Origin: Stenotrophomonas phage vB_SmaS_Bhz54 | DNA: 32,000 bases | Reading direction: 5' to 3' (one strand) | Sequence record: OR797041.1 | In this document: positions 31,631 through 32,000 of the stretch, in pieces | How the letters are laid out: every line of letters begins with the position of its first letter | Position numbering within the stretch: the stretch's first letter is position 1 | The notes under the pieces: model-generated | Database searches by the model: none | What the model saw: the letters and a program-made list of their open reading frames with translations, nothing else | What the model was told of the DNA's origin: nothing | Translations under genes and position numbers: made by a program

Positions 31631-32000
31631 CCCCTACCGCCCCATCATCTACGGGGTGCTGGCCCTCGGGGTCGCTGCGGCGGCCTTCTACGGCTACCAC
31701 CGCTGGACGACCATGGCCAAGGACCTGGAGCTGGCCCAGACCAAGCTCCAGATGGCCGAGCAGGTCAACCAGGATAACCAACAGACCATCAAGGACCTGC
31801 AGGAGCAGCGGAAGCGCGACTCCGACGCCTTGACCGGCCTCGCCTCGGACGTCGCGGCCATCCGCCGTACCGCCGGGGCTACCCATTCTGCTGTCAAGAG
31901 CCTCGGAGCAACCAATGAACATGTCCGCGAGTATCTGCAGCGCCCTGTGCCTGATGATCTGCGCAGGGTGCTCAACAACCGAACCCCTCGTCCGAACTGA
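31599..32000 (+). CDS. i-spanin (Rz-like) protein
   Basis: 133 aa; one N-terminal TM (PIIYGVLALGVAAAAFYGY) then a Gln/Lys-rich coiled coil; overlaps the holin gene. Confidence 0.7.
   Translation: MTVATLLSKVDPYRPIIYGVLALGVAAAAFYGYHRWTTMAKDLELAQTKLQMAEQVNQDNQQTIKDLQEQRKRDSDALTGLASDVAAIRRTAGATHSAVKSLGATNEHVREYLQRPVPDDLRRVLNNRTPRPN

Noticed and set aside
31627-31833. Nested 68-aa ORF as an embedded Rz1-like o-spanin
   Set aside because: No signal-peptide/lipobox pattern at the N-terminus; Ser/Pro/Arg-rich out-of-frame composition. A true Rz1 may lie past the window edge.
1-32000. CRISPR arrays, tRNAs, rRNAs, transposons or an integrase
   Set aside because: No spacer-like periodic repeats, recognisable cloverleaf or CCA-end pattern, or transposase/integrase motifs noticed by eye; a tRNAscan-SE or CRISPR finder run would be needed for certainty.

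Overview
This 32 kb window looks like part of a tailed, siphovirus-like phage genome. Rightward structural genes fill ~1-10.8 kb: a tail assembly chaperone with a probable -1 frameshift, a tape measure protein, and tail/tip proteins. A leftward block (~10.8-25.9 kb) carries replication, recombination and DNA-modification genes. A rightward block (~26-32 kb) carries an HTH regulator, primase/helicase, resolvase-like nuclease, sulfotransferase-like protein, and M15 endolysin/holin/spanin lysis genes. The most notable content is a compact leftward operon, queE-queC-queD-[PRTase+FolE]-dpdA-sliding clamp-family A DNA polymerase, which should make preQ0-type 7-deazaguanine and insert it into DNA. 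The 7-deazaguanine pathway itself is known in phages. What looks new is that QueC starts with MSEQQLELF and DpdA ends exactly in QMELF-COOH. Both match bacterial beta-clamp-binding pentapeptides (QL[SD]LF-like), and a clamp-like gene lies directly downstream of dpdA, so a clamp-coupled 'modify as you replicate' system is a testable hypothesis. Other observations: a T TTT TTC slippery site with a 112-codon -1 extension; three nearby proteins sharing a C-terminal domain; duplicated leftward promoters with a conserved +1 box; a 12-bp-arm inverted repeat between divergent promoters; a G-rich/AT-rich noncoding region with inverted C/G-rich arms and a perfect 77-bp tandem duplication (candidate origin); a 62-aa repeat in the tape measure protein; and small overlapping genes missing from the ORF track. 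Family calls come from recognising motifs by eye; no database search was run.
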